40,709 nt of DNA from Nemertoderma westbladi (GCA_032718475.1 JAUCBJ010002127.1:1-40709); one strand, 5' to 3'. Counted from the first letter of the stretch, positions 12,976-25,808 are shown. The notes: a model not told the origin generated them from the letters alone. Translations and numbers: made by a program.

Positions 12976-13337
12976 AAGGGCGCCGGATTGTGAACCTATT
13001 GCTCTCCAAACCCACAATTCGTCACCATATAAGGTAATTTTGCCGATGCTTAATTTAGCGGTACTAATAACATGATGCACAAAGGTTAATTTAGCGCAAT
13101 TATAGAGAAAATTAAAACCAATAGCTAGCCCCATCAAGGCTAATAACAGCAAGCTTAAATCCAGGGTCCAACAGAAAACTTGCTACCCTGGAACTATCTA
13201 CTTATATCCTATTACAAAATTACATAGGTAGGGCTACATACTATACAAAATGGATGAATTCAAAATATATGGGCGTTTTATTTTCCTTATCTAAATGTCA
13301 TTGCGCGTTATTATGTCTTATCTAAATAATTATATTG

Positions 13338-13435
13338 CATAACGGACTAATATATTACACTATATAACGGACTAATATATTATACTGTATAACTGCTAAT
13401 ATATGTACAGTATAACGGACTAATATATGTACAGC
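13338..13435. repeat. ~23-bp tandem repeat x4 at the U3 start
   Basis: TATAAC(GGA)CTAATATAT(TACAC/GTACAG) units. Confidence 0.75.
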
Positions 13436-13615
13436 GCCATATACCGTAACACCGCTCCAAGGGAAATCATACAATGTTTCCCTCCACTTGTAGAAGAGTA
13501 TAAGGCGATGTATACAAAACAAAATAATTCGCTTTCAAAATAATCTAAATAACTTGATGCTATAATAAGTCTACTATTTACAAATATTGCCATAGATATA
13601 TTGCATAATGGATTG

Positions 13616-13765
13616 CATACAAATTAAATTTACAAAATATTATTTCTTTCAATGTTAACGATTATTACATACAAATTAAATTTACAAAAATACTGTTTCT
13701 CATTCGTTCTACATAATGATTACTACATACAAATTAAATTTACAAAATATTACTCTCTTTCAATA
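13616..13765. repeat. ~50-60-bp tandem repeat x3 in the retroelement 3' UTR
   Basis: CATACAAATTAAATTTACAAAA at ~13616, ~13667 and ~13726. Confidence 0.8.
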
Positions 13766-13975
13766 TATAAAATTTTGCTAGGGCAGGTGAAAGGAGTAAG
13801 CCAAACCCACAGGTTTGTCTCCCCAATCACCTCCTTCGCCTCTCTCATAATATAAATTCAAATAGGTACGACTAGTGTATATGAGTCCAGTCGAATGCTT
13901 ACAAAATGCTACAATATACATCAGAGCGACGATGATGTATATATCTAGAGTCTGTCGCCCCGTGATATGAATGCA

Positions 13976-15759
13976 TTACCGACCCGCTCCTGGGTTCTTT
14001 GGGCTCGCTCCTCTCTTCCGCCCCCTTCTCAGATACACCAACCGTCCTCCAGTCGACTCTGTTGACGTTGTCCGCGAGGCGTCACTCCCCGGAACCGGCG
14101 ACGATGTTCCCTGAGCCCCGACAGATTCCCCGCTCGTACTTCTCCCTCGGCCTCGTCCCAATTGTCGTGCTCCTGTGGTTGCTTCCGCCAACTCTTCCTT
14201 CTGCAATTGCACCCGCGCCTTTTCCGACGCCCCCTGCGCCTTGCGTTGCAATCGCTGTGCCTCTATAATAGAATGATAGTGATCGTCCTTGACTTGACGC
14301 TTGTCTTGGACCTCTCCTCCTGGTTCTTTCCGCGAGCTTTGAGCTCCAACGGTCGTCGCTGTGGGCGCTGCGGTTCGCTGTTCCTCGATCCTCTTAGCGG
14401 TCAATGACCCCACCGGTACGTGAGTCAATAGAAACTCGTTGCGGTATTGTATAGCCGCCATCCTCCAATCTCCTCGTGCGCGCACCACCTTTCTAGTTTC
14501 CGAAAACAGACCTTTCGTAATACGGTCGCAAATAGCAACAAAGTTCCAAGTGTATCATAATCTGTGATCTGCATTGGGACATCACGCAAGAACTTCGCGC
14601 ATAAAACTTCCCGTAGACAGTCAACGTTCCAATGATCCGACATCCTCACCATCGGCAAGAATCTAATCGCTTCTCGCGACTCCGGGTGATCTACCAATAT
14701 CGCAGGTTCGTTGCCGTCGGAATAATACACCGGTCGGGGTTGAGATACGGCCTGTGGAACAAATCCGGTCACTATCCTCGTCTCCTCCTGATGTCTATCC
14801 GCGGTCTTATTATATTCCGCTACCTGCGCTTCGAATAACTGTTTCGCCTTCGCCACTCGCTCCTCCTGCCGCAACGCATCTATGTCGTCCTGATGCTCAG
14901 GCATGAGGTTTCTCGCTCGATGAGGCGAAATAAACGTAGTCCAGGGACTCGAGAGCTCCAAACCCGCGGGTTTGGTACCCGAGTCCCGTGCCGCTTCGCA
15001 CCGCACCTCTAGGTCCTTGTAGGCTCGGTACAGCGAAATGGCCGCTGCCGTCTCTATCAAACTAGGTGTCGAACAGGGTTTAATCTCCGTATACGGATCT
15101 AAAGTCGTAACGGTCGGCATAATGGGTCTTGGAGGTCGCTTTCCGCTGAAGTCGATACTGATCATCGGGTTGCTCATTGGGTAACCTCCCTCGTTGTATC
15201 TAAGGAACTGGTGAGCTTGACATCGCGTTAATATCGGTTCAGGATGTTGCTCGTCCAATCGGTCGGGAATCGCCACGTCTTGTTTGTTCATGCATTCACC
15301 ACATTTGTAGAACAAATTGTATACACTGAAGACCTTTGACGTCTCTTGATCCTCGCCTCGAGTCCTCCGGTACAGATGCATTCCGTCAAACTGATCTCGG
15401 ACTGCAGGTAGAGGTTCGTCGTGTCGTAAATACATGTTCATATGGTACAGCCGTGCAATCTCCTCGTACGGGTCTGCACTAATGTCGCATATGTCTAATG
15501 CAAAATCGTACGGATACCGAGTGCGATACTCCTTCCGCAAAACTTCCATACGGTCCCCCAACGCTCTCATTCTTTCCCTCCTTAATTCTTTATCATATGC
15601 GGGTTTATACTTCCCATTTAGCTCCATCACCGACCTTCCATGATAGTAAACATTCGAGTCTTTACATCCCGGTCGGACAAATGGTAGTTCCGCCTCCTCT
15701 CTAGCACTAAATCCTCTCCGCGGTTGCACTCTAATTTCCTTCTCCATTATGAGCCGCAT
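13976..15759 (-). CDS. BEL element ORF3, unknown function (~594 aa if one frameshift near 14425-14555 is repaired)
   Basis: The 444-aa and 170-aa ORFs overlap in the -1 frame and lie between pol and the 3' LTR. CxxC-x23-CxxH motif, coiled-coil-like segments, Arg-rich tail (GRGRGR, RRGRKRG). No signal peptide or clear TM segment. Confidence 0.7.
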
Positions 15760-16524
15760 ATATACATATATATATATCCCAATAGGTTCCGTTACGTAAC
15801 TAATTACACTGTGGGTAAATCAGTTAGATGCCGCCGAAGGACAGACCTCCCGAACCCCCCCCCCCCCCCCCCCCCCCCCCGCCTTCCAGCAGTTCAGGTT
15901 CGACTCTCTAGATCCCGTCTCATTCCTAACTATCCTCTAACCTATTCCCATGCATAGCGCAAAAACTTTGGAGATAAACTGGCCGTGACCAACTCACTTT
16001 TTGATGCCCAAACTACTCCCATTACTCATACTAAACTACAGTAGTTAGAAAGGACAATAGTCTCAATGCTCGACTATACCAAACCCACAGGTTTGATAAT
16101 CGAACATCACACTTCACTGCAAACTACTGAGTGGGGTCGTGTACGTCTCTGTGGTGCTACTAACCTTTAGCACCTTAGTTGTACTGTTGGCACCAATCTG
16201 TGGAAGTTGCTAAACTCAATTTACACTCCTACGTAATATAGCCGTCACCATGGTTTCTAAATGCTATTTTCCAGGCTTCACGACTTTTCAAATTACTGTA
16301 TATCTATAGACGAATTCAAAACGCGTCTATATATAGCGTCTGGAATTGTCTTGGGTTTACTTCTAAATTTTTAAAATTTTTTAATTTTCCAAAAATTTTG
16401 AAAATAAAATTTTGTTTTTGATACCCACCAGACAAAACTCAACGAAAATCACCGCAAACCCGCTCCTATGCATTTCCTAGTATTTGCATACGAGGAATGC
16501 ATACGAAGTGAGTTGCGTCCAACA

Positions 16525-19500
16525 CTAATTTTGGTTTGAGGCAGGAGACAAATTATAATCTCCTGTCTCGATGCGTGTCTCCTCTAATAACACGATATCT
16601 TGGACCGGTCGGTCCAAGGTGTGTAAACCATTAGTTTTACACTTCTTTGGGTGCGGACATTTGCACCTAATTTTCACAGTGACTGTGCGCACTATGTTTT
16701 GCACGTCTGGGTGTATGTGCAAGATGACTCCAGTTTCCCAATATTTTCTCTTGACAATGGGTTCGGTTATCAATACATAGTCTCCTCTTTGGAGGCTCCG
16801 AACTGTTTTGTACCACTTCGATCTGGTGGATATGGTGGGAAGATAGTATTCCCGCCAATATTCCCAGAATGTGTACGCTCCTAATTGTGTCACTTTCCAG
16901 CTTTTACGACTATATAGGTCGGCACTAATGGGTTCTGATGCCGGCACAAGAAATGCTGGACTCTGCATTAGCAAATGATTCGGCGTTAATGCAACACCGT
17001 CTGGCAACATAGCTATCGGCCTCGAGTTTAGTGTATGCTCGATTTCGATGAAAGCTGTGACCAGTTCGTCGTCGGTAAGTTGTTTGTTTACAGGCAACGT
17101 CTTAGCAATGGCCTGTTTTATGGAACGAACCAAACGCTCCCAACTTCCTCCTCTCCAAGGACTTTCTGGAGTATTAAATCTCCATTCTACTCTTTGCGGC
17201 AAAAGTGCTGCAGAAATTTCTCTATTCTGCGCTGCTTTGTGAGCCGCGTTTAACTAGCTATTCCCCCCGACAAAGTTTGTACCTTTGTCAGAGTAGAACG
17301 CCTTTACTAGTCCTCTCCTGGCCATAAATCTATTTAAGGCCAGGAGCAGAGATTTGGTCGACATGTCTGCCACACGCTCGATATGTATGGCTCTACTAGC
17401 CATGCATGTCAGTAGCAGGCCCCATCGCTTGTGGGTCAGCCGTCCACTCTTTGCCTCAATCGGACCAAAACAATCCACCCCTGTATTTGTAAAGGGTGGG
17501 TCATATGCCTGCACTCTCGCTTCCGGGAATTCAGCCATCTCCTGTTCCAATACTCGGGCGTTCACCCTCTTGCAAACCAGACAGGCGTTGTACATGGTAC
17601 CTACTGCCCTGCTTGGCTGCAATATAATGAATCGCTGTCTCGCTGCCGACAAACAGTGTAACTTTCCCGCATGATGTAACCTCTTGTGTATATCCCATAG
17701 AATCGCTCTTTGCAATTCTATTGGGTGACTAGGGATTATCACTGGGAACCTAAACTGTGAGTTTATGTCGACAGTCTGGATTCTCGATCTATGACAAATT
17801 AAACCCTTATGGATTAATGGAGTCCATTTTCTAAGGGGTTTATAGAGAACTGGTTGTTGAGCCGATAATAGATAGAATTCTTTTGGGAAGGCACACATTT
17901 GATAATGTTTCAAATGCTTTAATTCCGCTTGATCAATCTCATTCTCTGTCAGAGGTTGTTTCAATTTCTGAATTCGCTCGCTATTAGTGCTCATTTGTTC
18001 TCCCAAATGTTTCGAATGTTTTAAACAAAGGTACGAAATGTATCGGCTTAACCACGCAGTTCTTTTACAAATTGTCAGCCAAGAGGCAGACGAATTTAGT
18101 AATTTGTCATAAATACTACATGGCTCTAATGCCAGCGACGGTTGTCCGCTAACTAACGGAAGTTTCGAATCCAAACCCGCAGGTTTGGAAACCAAAGGCT
18201 CCATTATGTCAGTCATTTTCTGTCCGTCACTTACCAATTGTGACCCTCGGGTAGTCTGTAAGGGTGGTTTTATGTCATAACTTACCCTTCCGGACCTAGT
18301 AGTCACGTAAGTCTGTAGGTCTGACAGGTCTCCGGGCCGCTCCAATAACTCTTCAGGCCGCTCCAATGACTCTTCAGGCCGCTCCAATGACTTGAGTTTG
18401 GCTTTCGACTTTGACTTGGAGACTTTCTCCACTTTGACTTCTGCATCTTCTGGCATCGGATTGGTCACTATCTTTAGTCGCTCTGGCCAATGTTCCTGTG
18501 TCCTCATTAGAAAATCAGGTCCATGCAACCAAAACTCCTGGGACTCTTCCTGACAGGATTCCGCCGGCATTGCACCTCTCGAAGTTATGTCGGCCGGGTT
18601 TAACACTCCCGGACAATGTCTCCATTGTTCCTTCGTCGAAAAGTCGACGATCTGAGCGCGTCTGTTGGCCACAAATGTCTTTAGTGCAATATTGTCGGCT
18701 GCAATGTATACTAACACTAAGGATGCGTCCGTCCAATAAAATAAGGTCAATGTCGTGTCTAACTCCTCTGTTATCTGCTCACTTACCTCAACTGAAACTA
18801 CTGCCGCCTGTAACTCTGCACGAGGGACAGTCATGTATTTGACCGGCATTGTCTTTGACCTAGAAGTCACAAAGGCCGTCTCAAATTTATCCTGACTTAC
18901 TTCTCGGCGAAGGTAGGCTACCATACCAAAGCTGGTGTTACTTGCATCACTAAACATATGCAGCTCTAAATCAGCTGGGAATACCAACTGATTCGGAAAG
19001 TAGGAGCGGGGTACATCTATGTTTTTCAATAGATGCAACTCAGCTTCCCACTCTCTCCACTGCTTTGCATGTATAGGAGATATTGGTTCGTCCCACTCTA
19101 GGTCGGACAACCAAATTTTCCTCATGCACGCTCGTGCCTGTAACATTACCGGACTGATAAAGTTCATCGGGTCAAATAGTCTACTTAATGTCGATAAGCA
19201 AATTCTCTTAGTCAAAATCTTGTCTGGGCTACTGGGCTCAAATCTAACTCTTACCTGGAACTGTTTGGATTCCAAGCGAGTCCCAGTACTCGCACCATGG
19301 GGATGGGTTCTACCCCCAATTCAATGTCTCCGCTCCCGTGATCTTTCACCGGGAACGACTCTAATAGGGCCTCCGAATTAGTGGTGAACTTGGTCAGAGG
19401 AAAACCCCCTGTAGCCAAGCACTTCTGTAGGCCGTGAGCCACTTCTATGGCTTGTTCCGCTGTGTCCTTGGACACCAATCCGTCATCCATATAAAAGTTT

Positions 19501-21150
19501 CTCAAGATGGACTCGATGACTTCTACTGGATACTTACCAATCTGGGCTGTTGCCGTTTTCTTTAGAACAAACAGCGTGCCGTTTGGACTATCACAGGCAC
19601 CAAATATCCTAACGTACATTTGGTATGTAACCACTGGGCCGGATAAGTCTTCATTCTCGTACCAGAGAAATCTGAAGCTATCCTGGTCTGCCTTACAGGC
19701 TCTTACCTGGTGGAACATCGCCTCGATGTCACAAGTAAACGCGAATCGCCGCTGTCTAAAGCGCAACAGTATTCCTATCAAATAATTATTCAGGTTGGGT
19801 CCGTCCATCAACTCTGAATTCAGGGACATACCTCTATAGACTGCTGCGCAGTCGTTGACTACTCGGACTTTGTCAGGTTTGTCAGGGTGAGTCACATAGT
19901 GGTGTGGGAGGTAATAAGTCTGGTCTGTCACTAAGTCAGGGTCCTCTACCTTCCCAGCGAATCCCTTGGCGAAATAGTTGTTGATCTGGGCGCAATACTT
20001 CTCCCTAATGTCCGGATTCTTTAACAACCGAGCCCTTACTCCGTTCAATCTTTTCAAGGCTAAGCTGTAGTTGTTCTCCAACTTAGGAGGTTGTCGACGC
20101 CACAACATTCCAACTTCAAAATGCCCTGTCGGTAGCAGATGTATGGTATCTTCCATCATCTCTAGCGACCGTTTCTCATCAGCGGACATGGTTAGATCAT
20201 ATCCATCGGGTTCCATTGCGTCCCTATCCAGCCATTCGACGGTTCTGGCTCCTGTCTCGAGGTCCTGGCGTATCAATTCCTTCTGCAATTCCTCCTTACT
20301 GTATTGGAAAATGTCTAGGTCTCGATATTTAGCCACCTGACCCTCCACTATATCGGTATAAGTCAAAACGTTACTCAGATAAGTAGCGTAGGCCGCTGAA
20401 CCAGACCCACGGGTCTGATAACAGTAGTCCTCAGGTTCACTATCTGTCCAGTCATTGTGAAGTGGTTCCGACAACCTAACATTATCGGGAATCAACTCCT
20501 CGTCCGACTCGCTAACGTCACTATAATGGTCAATACAGGTTCTCCTAAACTCGTCTATGTCTGGTGGTTCAACTAACGGTGGTTCAGTTAAAGGCTGTAA
20601 TCCGTCGTATCTATCCTTTGGCTTGTCGCCACCTGTAAACTCATAAGACATGGGTACTCGTGTATACCAACCTAATATAGTCCTATGGGCATGTGGTCCA
20701 TTTACATGCGGCTCAGCTGGTCTCGTTTCCCATATTTGGTGTGCGATCAGCTGTTCTGCACCAATCAACATAGATACATTCCTATAACCTACCTGGTGTC
20801 TCGGTACTCTGAGCTTGTCAAAATAATCCTGTGCTATGGGACTCATCGGCGGCACCTTACCTAACTGCCTGCCGAACCCCTTCATAGCTAGATACTTAAA
20901 TCCATCTAATGGCAAAGCTCTCCATTCTTGTCGAGTGTGTTGGTCTCTCGGAAGTAGGGAGTCTAGTTCTACCGAAATTCTGTGTCCCTTGAGGTCCCCT
21001 ACCCCGTGCATAGACTTTAACTCTATTTAGATTTCCTCTGCGTCCTGGAAGCTAGAAATGGCTCTCGCCACTTCCTCGTCGATATACGATAATGTGGACG
21101 CAGTGTCCAACATCACATATATTCTCTTCGATCCCTTATCGCCAATAAAT
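16525..21150 (-). pseudogene. pol: BEL pol (PR-RT-RNase H-integrase), disrupted
   Basis: PR LDTAS near 21100; in-frame TAA at 21027-21029; RT FYMDD; frameshift near 19260; RH FSDAS; IN HHCC and DDE; in-frame TAG at 17254-17256; 21-bp x3 tandem (LERPEES) at ~18330-18390. Confidence 0.92.
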
Positions 21151-24100
21151 TTCACCGGAATCACGCTAAATATTTCCGATGTGGCCGATGATAAATACGT
21201 CCGCGCGCTGGTCGATGAACTATCCGCAGTGAAACCTTGGCAGGTCACTTCTCTCGCGCTTGACTCGCCATCCTCGTCCGACAAACCTGGTTGATAACCG
21301 TCGTCCTGAATGCCGGTATACGTATTTCTCTTTATCGATACGGGATCTCTGCTCCCCTTCCTTTGAGGATTTCTTTGTAAGTAACGGTCCGTTGGGGTGT
21401 GGAAATCCGCATGTAGCAACTTGTGATGTAGTCTGCCGAATTCCATGCATCCGTCCTTGCTGTTCGGGCACTGCCGCCGTACATGACCTGGCGCAAGACA
21501 TGCCCAACAGGTGTCCAATGTCCGCACTTGAACTCTTCTCTGTTCCGAAGTTAATTCTTTGAACCGTCTGCAACTGTCTAACTTATGGTCGTCAGATCTT
21601 ACCTCCTTTAGTAAGCAGTATTGGCAACCTACAAATCCATCCGGCAACTCCTGTTGCTTTAACCTAGGTCTATCTAACCGCTCACCTGACCATACTCGCG
21701 AGTCTGATCTAAAGGCTGGGGTACTCGAATTATATCTGTCTACTGAGTTAAATGTCACAGTGGTCCTGTCATCGTCAAAACTTACCATAGACTTACCGGT
21801 AACAGGTTTAGACTCTCTCATATTCTCCTCTGAGAAGTTTGATTTCATCTCTGCTACTGCGTCTGTGGCTATCATGTCATGGATATGTTGAAGTGTCAAC
21901 ACCTTACCTTGACCCTCCAACTTATTCTCTAATTTGCGCCATTTCTGTCGGTAACGCATGTTTAAACGTCTTATTACGCTCTTCAAAACTTCGGCGTGAT
22001 CACCATGGTGAGGTAGATTCACCGTCCTCAAGATGTCTAATGCGTTCGAAATAGCATTCGCTAGGTTCAACAGCTCTAACGTAGTTGTAATCCTTCCGCC
22101 CTTACCCAAGTCTTCCACTATCAACTGTGCCATCTTGGTTTTATTCCCGTAGATGTCGCTAAGCGTCTTCATTGCTAACTCGAATGCTCTTTCATTGCCG
22201 ACGAAGTTGTCAGCAATGGCTCTAGGTTCTCGATGGAGCATTTGAAGCAAATAGTTGAACTTCTCGTTGGGAGTAAAGGTGCTGTTGGTCAGCTGTTCGT
22301 CGACATAGGTTTTGAAAGTGCTCCAATATTTATGGTTACCCATAAACTTCTGGGGTTGTTGCGTTGGCAGTCCTTGCCTAGCAGCAAACTTACCTATATC
22401 TCTAAGAGTTGCGTCGTTCCGGGTTAACAAATGGTTTAGTTCCGCAGGGTTGTTAAGTCTGGTCCTTTCCCGGGGATTGAAACTTACCTGCTCCGCATCG
22501 GTCCTTCTTTCCTTATAGTTTCGGGACTTCTGATGTCTCATGTCTTCCTCTTCATCGCTTGATTCTGTGTCAGTCCTTAGCGCTCGTGTTGGTTTGCGTG
22601 CTGAGGCCCTGACCCAAGCATCCTGAATAAACCTTTCGGCCGAGTTTTCGAAATTGGGATTATGAATCGTATGGACAGGCGTTCTTACCTGAGGTCTATG
22701 TGGTATAGTTGCCTCCGATATACGTACTCGTTGATTAGGTTGGACTTTATCTAACTCAGGCCTGCTAGGATTAGAATTACTTCTTACCTGGGCTGCTTCC
22801 TTTAACCGTAGGTTACTAAGCATGTCCATTATAGGTTGGATGTGCGGTGATATAGCTTGCGCTAAACTAGCACTTAACTCATCCCTCGTAATAAATTCCT
22901 GACTAGGGTTCTGTTGTATAGTCGGCTCTATCTGAGTAATCCACTGTCTCTCATATGATCCCTCTTCCGGTTTAACCCGGAAGTTCTCCGTCGAACTGGG
23001 TCGGCGCTCCGTCCGTGTATTCCAAACCCGCGGGTTCGGTTCACCAAATACTCGGCCCGTCGGAGTTTCTCCTCTAAACTCTTCGTTGTCGCGTTCGGTA
23101 TGTAGTGGTGCAGTGTTCTGATGACGCGGATTCTGCGCGATGGGTGAAGCACTAATACCAACTGGTGTGCGATATGTAGAGAACGATTTAGCGATCCGAG
23201 TACTCGTAATAGCTGGACCGGGTATAGGAATTCTGGTTGTCGTCGACTCACGTATAGTCGGAGTTCTCGCTTCCTGTTCGGCCTTCTGCAGTGCGAACAG
23301 TTCTCGCAACTCGGTCCCTACACTCACCCCACATTCTTCGATCATTCGCATCCCCTTCTCGGCGATTTCATTCGCCTTCCTAGTCCGTTCTTCGCTCTCC
23401 AAGTTTAGTCTCGCACTTTCTAACTGCGCCAGTTTACGTTCTTCTTCTTCCCTCGCTCGTCTCGCTGCGCTCTCTTCTTCCACACGCACCTTCTCTTCAT
23501 ACAACGCCTGTCGCTCATTCTCGATCTCGCGTTCCTTGCGTTCGCGTTCAAGCTGGAGTTCGCGTTCCTTCTGTTCGCGTTCAAGCTGGAGTTTGCGTTC
23601 CTTCTGTTCGCGTTCAAGTTGGAGTTCGCGTTCCTTCTGTTCGCGTTCCGCTTGTTCACGCTTACTTATTTCCTCCAACTCTCGCAACTTTGCGTCTAAC
23701 TTACGTGTGCGCTCCCGTTCCCGCTCGGCTTCCTTCCGTGCTTCCGATGCACGCAAAACTTCCGCCTGTTGTTCGTCCAGTCGGCGTCTTCTCTCCTCCG
23801 CCGAGTTGTGAGAAACAAGGGATCTAGCACATATAACCTTCCCTCGCGTGTGACTAACCTGGGAATTGCCACTGTCTCTAGATGCGTCGTTGGGTGGAGT
23901 TAACTTTCTCTGTTGGATGTTGTCCGTCGTTGGTAGCACCTGGCCCGGTACCACCACTCCACTCTGCATCAGCCAGCCGGTAACTTCCCGTTGATACCTG
24001 CGCTCCTCCTTATCCTGCGTTTCTTCCCGCTCCACTAAATTTCTCGACTCTGCGTCACTCACTTGAGTCGCCTGCGCTTGTGATGCTCATAGCAGCCAGT

Positions 24101-24805
24101 TCTCCGTCCTAACTCGCCGAAATCGCTCCAATAACGCGCGGTGCTCCAACAAGGCTGCTAAAACCCTGTCGTAAATCCTCGTCGCCACGTCGCTCGACTG
24201 AGACTCCACTGCTCTCTTTGCCAGGACTGCAAGCTCCTCCGTCTGCTTGAATAACGCTGAGTTGTATCCCCTTCTAATCTCTACTAACCCTTCCCTTCCG
24301 ATGTTCGCTGAGTCGGCTAACATCTTCCTTACCTTGTCCGCCGTCCGGGTTATATGTCCGGCATGCGCGCGAAGTTTTTCTTTATCGCGATGTCAAGTTC
24401 TCTTTCGCTTACCTGACTCACACTTGGTGGACTTGAAGGATTATTTCGGGAACTACGGGTACTCCTTACAGCCGCTGGGGCCACGGCACTTACCATACCC
24501 ACAGGTCTGGAAACCGGGCTCCGGGCTCTCGCTTCTGCTACACTACCCTCCCTATCACTCACCTCTGGCCGGGTTGCTGTACAATCCTTCCTTACAGTAG
24601 TGGTAGGGGATCCTAATACTATTACCTCACCTTGCTCTTCCTCACTAGTTACTGTCTTGTCCTCCTGTTCATTTACGTCAGCGTCGCTCGCTGCGTCGTC
24701 ATAGTCAGCATTGTCGTCAACAGTAATATTAACGCTATCGTCAGTCAGCGGTCCAGCCGCCGTCTCATAGCTGTCCTCTAGTGCCTCCTTCTCTGAGACA
24801 CTCAT
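21151..24805 (-). pseudogene. gag: BEL gag, disrupted
   Basis: ATG at 24805; frameshift at ~24352-24390; in-frame TGA at 24087-24089; coiled coil with a 33-bp tandem (EREQKERELQL); capsid-like KFMGN..YWSTF...EKFNYL; three Cys/His boxes CQYC..H..C, CWAC..GH....C, C....HHKLLH. Confidence 0.88.
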
Positions 24806-25808
24806 AGTCTAAATAATATTTGCCTTACGGCAAAATCTCGCAAAATTTCGAGATATATATAATTTAATCGAAAATATGATTAAATTATTTGTCAAATATC
24901 TAGTTTGTCCAAAATGTGAAAATCAATTCGCAATGCAATATTGTGAATTTAATAGGATACAGTTATAGCAAATACCAATACAATATTTAAACAAAAATAT
25001 TATTCTATAGCTATTATATAGCATTTAAATACCGGTATGACACAAAATAATTTCGAATCTAATACAAAATATTCAAAATAACTTGCCACCCAAATATTTC
25101 TAATTTTACATATATAGCTCTAATCAACGCAATCTTAATTTCAAATATTATATGTATCCACTAGCGCGTGGCTACATCTTCGGGTTGCGACTCTCTCTCT
25201 CTCTAACTCGAGCGATTCAAAAAACCATGGTCGCGGCTAAACCTAACTAACCTAACTAATACATTGAGTTCAGCTTCGCAGTTAAACAACCGATAATTTT
25301 TTACTGCTTCCACAAACACAATGGTGCTAACAGAACAACTAACCTTGTTTGCTATGAGATTCCACATCCGCGTCCAAAGTTTCAGGCTCTTCGCTGATAA
25401 CAAACCGAACCCGCAGACCCACACGAACCCCAAACTCAGAAGCTCCGTCTTGCCATGTATCTCCAGATGGTATAAAACAACTAAGCGGTTATCTAACATA
25501 CCGGTACAAAACTCTAGATTTTATTACAAAATAATTTTGACCGAAACTGAATTCTCACAAACCTAGCTAAAATTTTCAAAAAACTAATTACAGCTTGCCC
25601 TAACGGCCTAATGAACTGCTGTATTTGCGATTAGTAAACGCACTACCGTACATCCACTGTACACAGTACAGTAAGTAAAACAGTACACTAACCTAACAGC
25701 CTAATGAATACCGTATGTGGTACAGCAAAACAAATGTCTTTTCTACTGTACGCAGTACTGTGATCCTACTTAACAGCCTAAGGATACACTCTCTGTCTTA
25801 CTGTACGC

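Larger units (their letters stand above)
11251..13451 (-). repeat. Putative 3' LTR (~2.2 kb)
   Basis: Begins TGTTA at 11251 and ends TAACA at 13451. On the sense strand it is preceded by purine-rich GGAGCGG (PPT-like). The first ~130 bp are repeated at 26443. The inner boundary is inferred only from termini and PPT because the other LTR is truncated. Confidence 0.6.

Noticed and set aside
14425-15759. ORF3 as an envelope glycoprotein
   Set aside because: It has no signal peptide or convincing TM anchor. The hydrophobic LGTLLLFATVL stretch is short and probably lies past the frameshift.
23140-23811. 223-aa antisense ORF and other short ORFs overlapping the main genes
   Set aside because: These are shadow frames of repetitive coiled-coil or GC-rich coding sequence with no recognisable motifs.
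17254-24390. Programmed readthrough or frameshifting at the BEL stops and shifts
   Set aside because: Three stops and two shifts are scattered within domains (mid-gag, mid-protease, RT end, mid-integrase), with no canonical slippery heptamer. Decay is simpler, and the single-base deletions could also be assembly errors.
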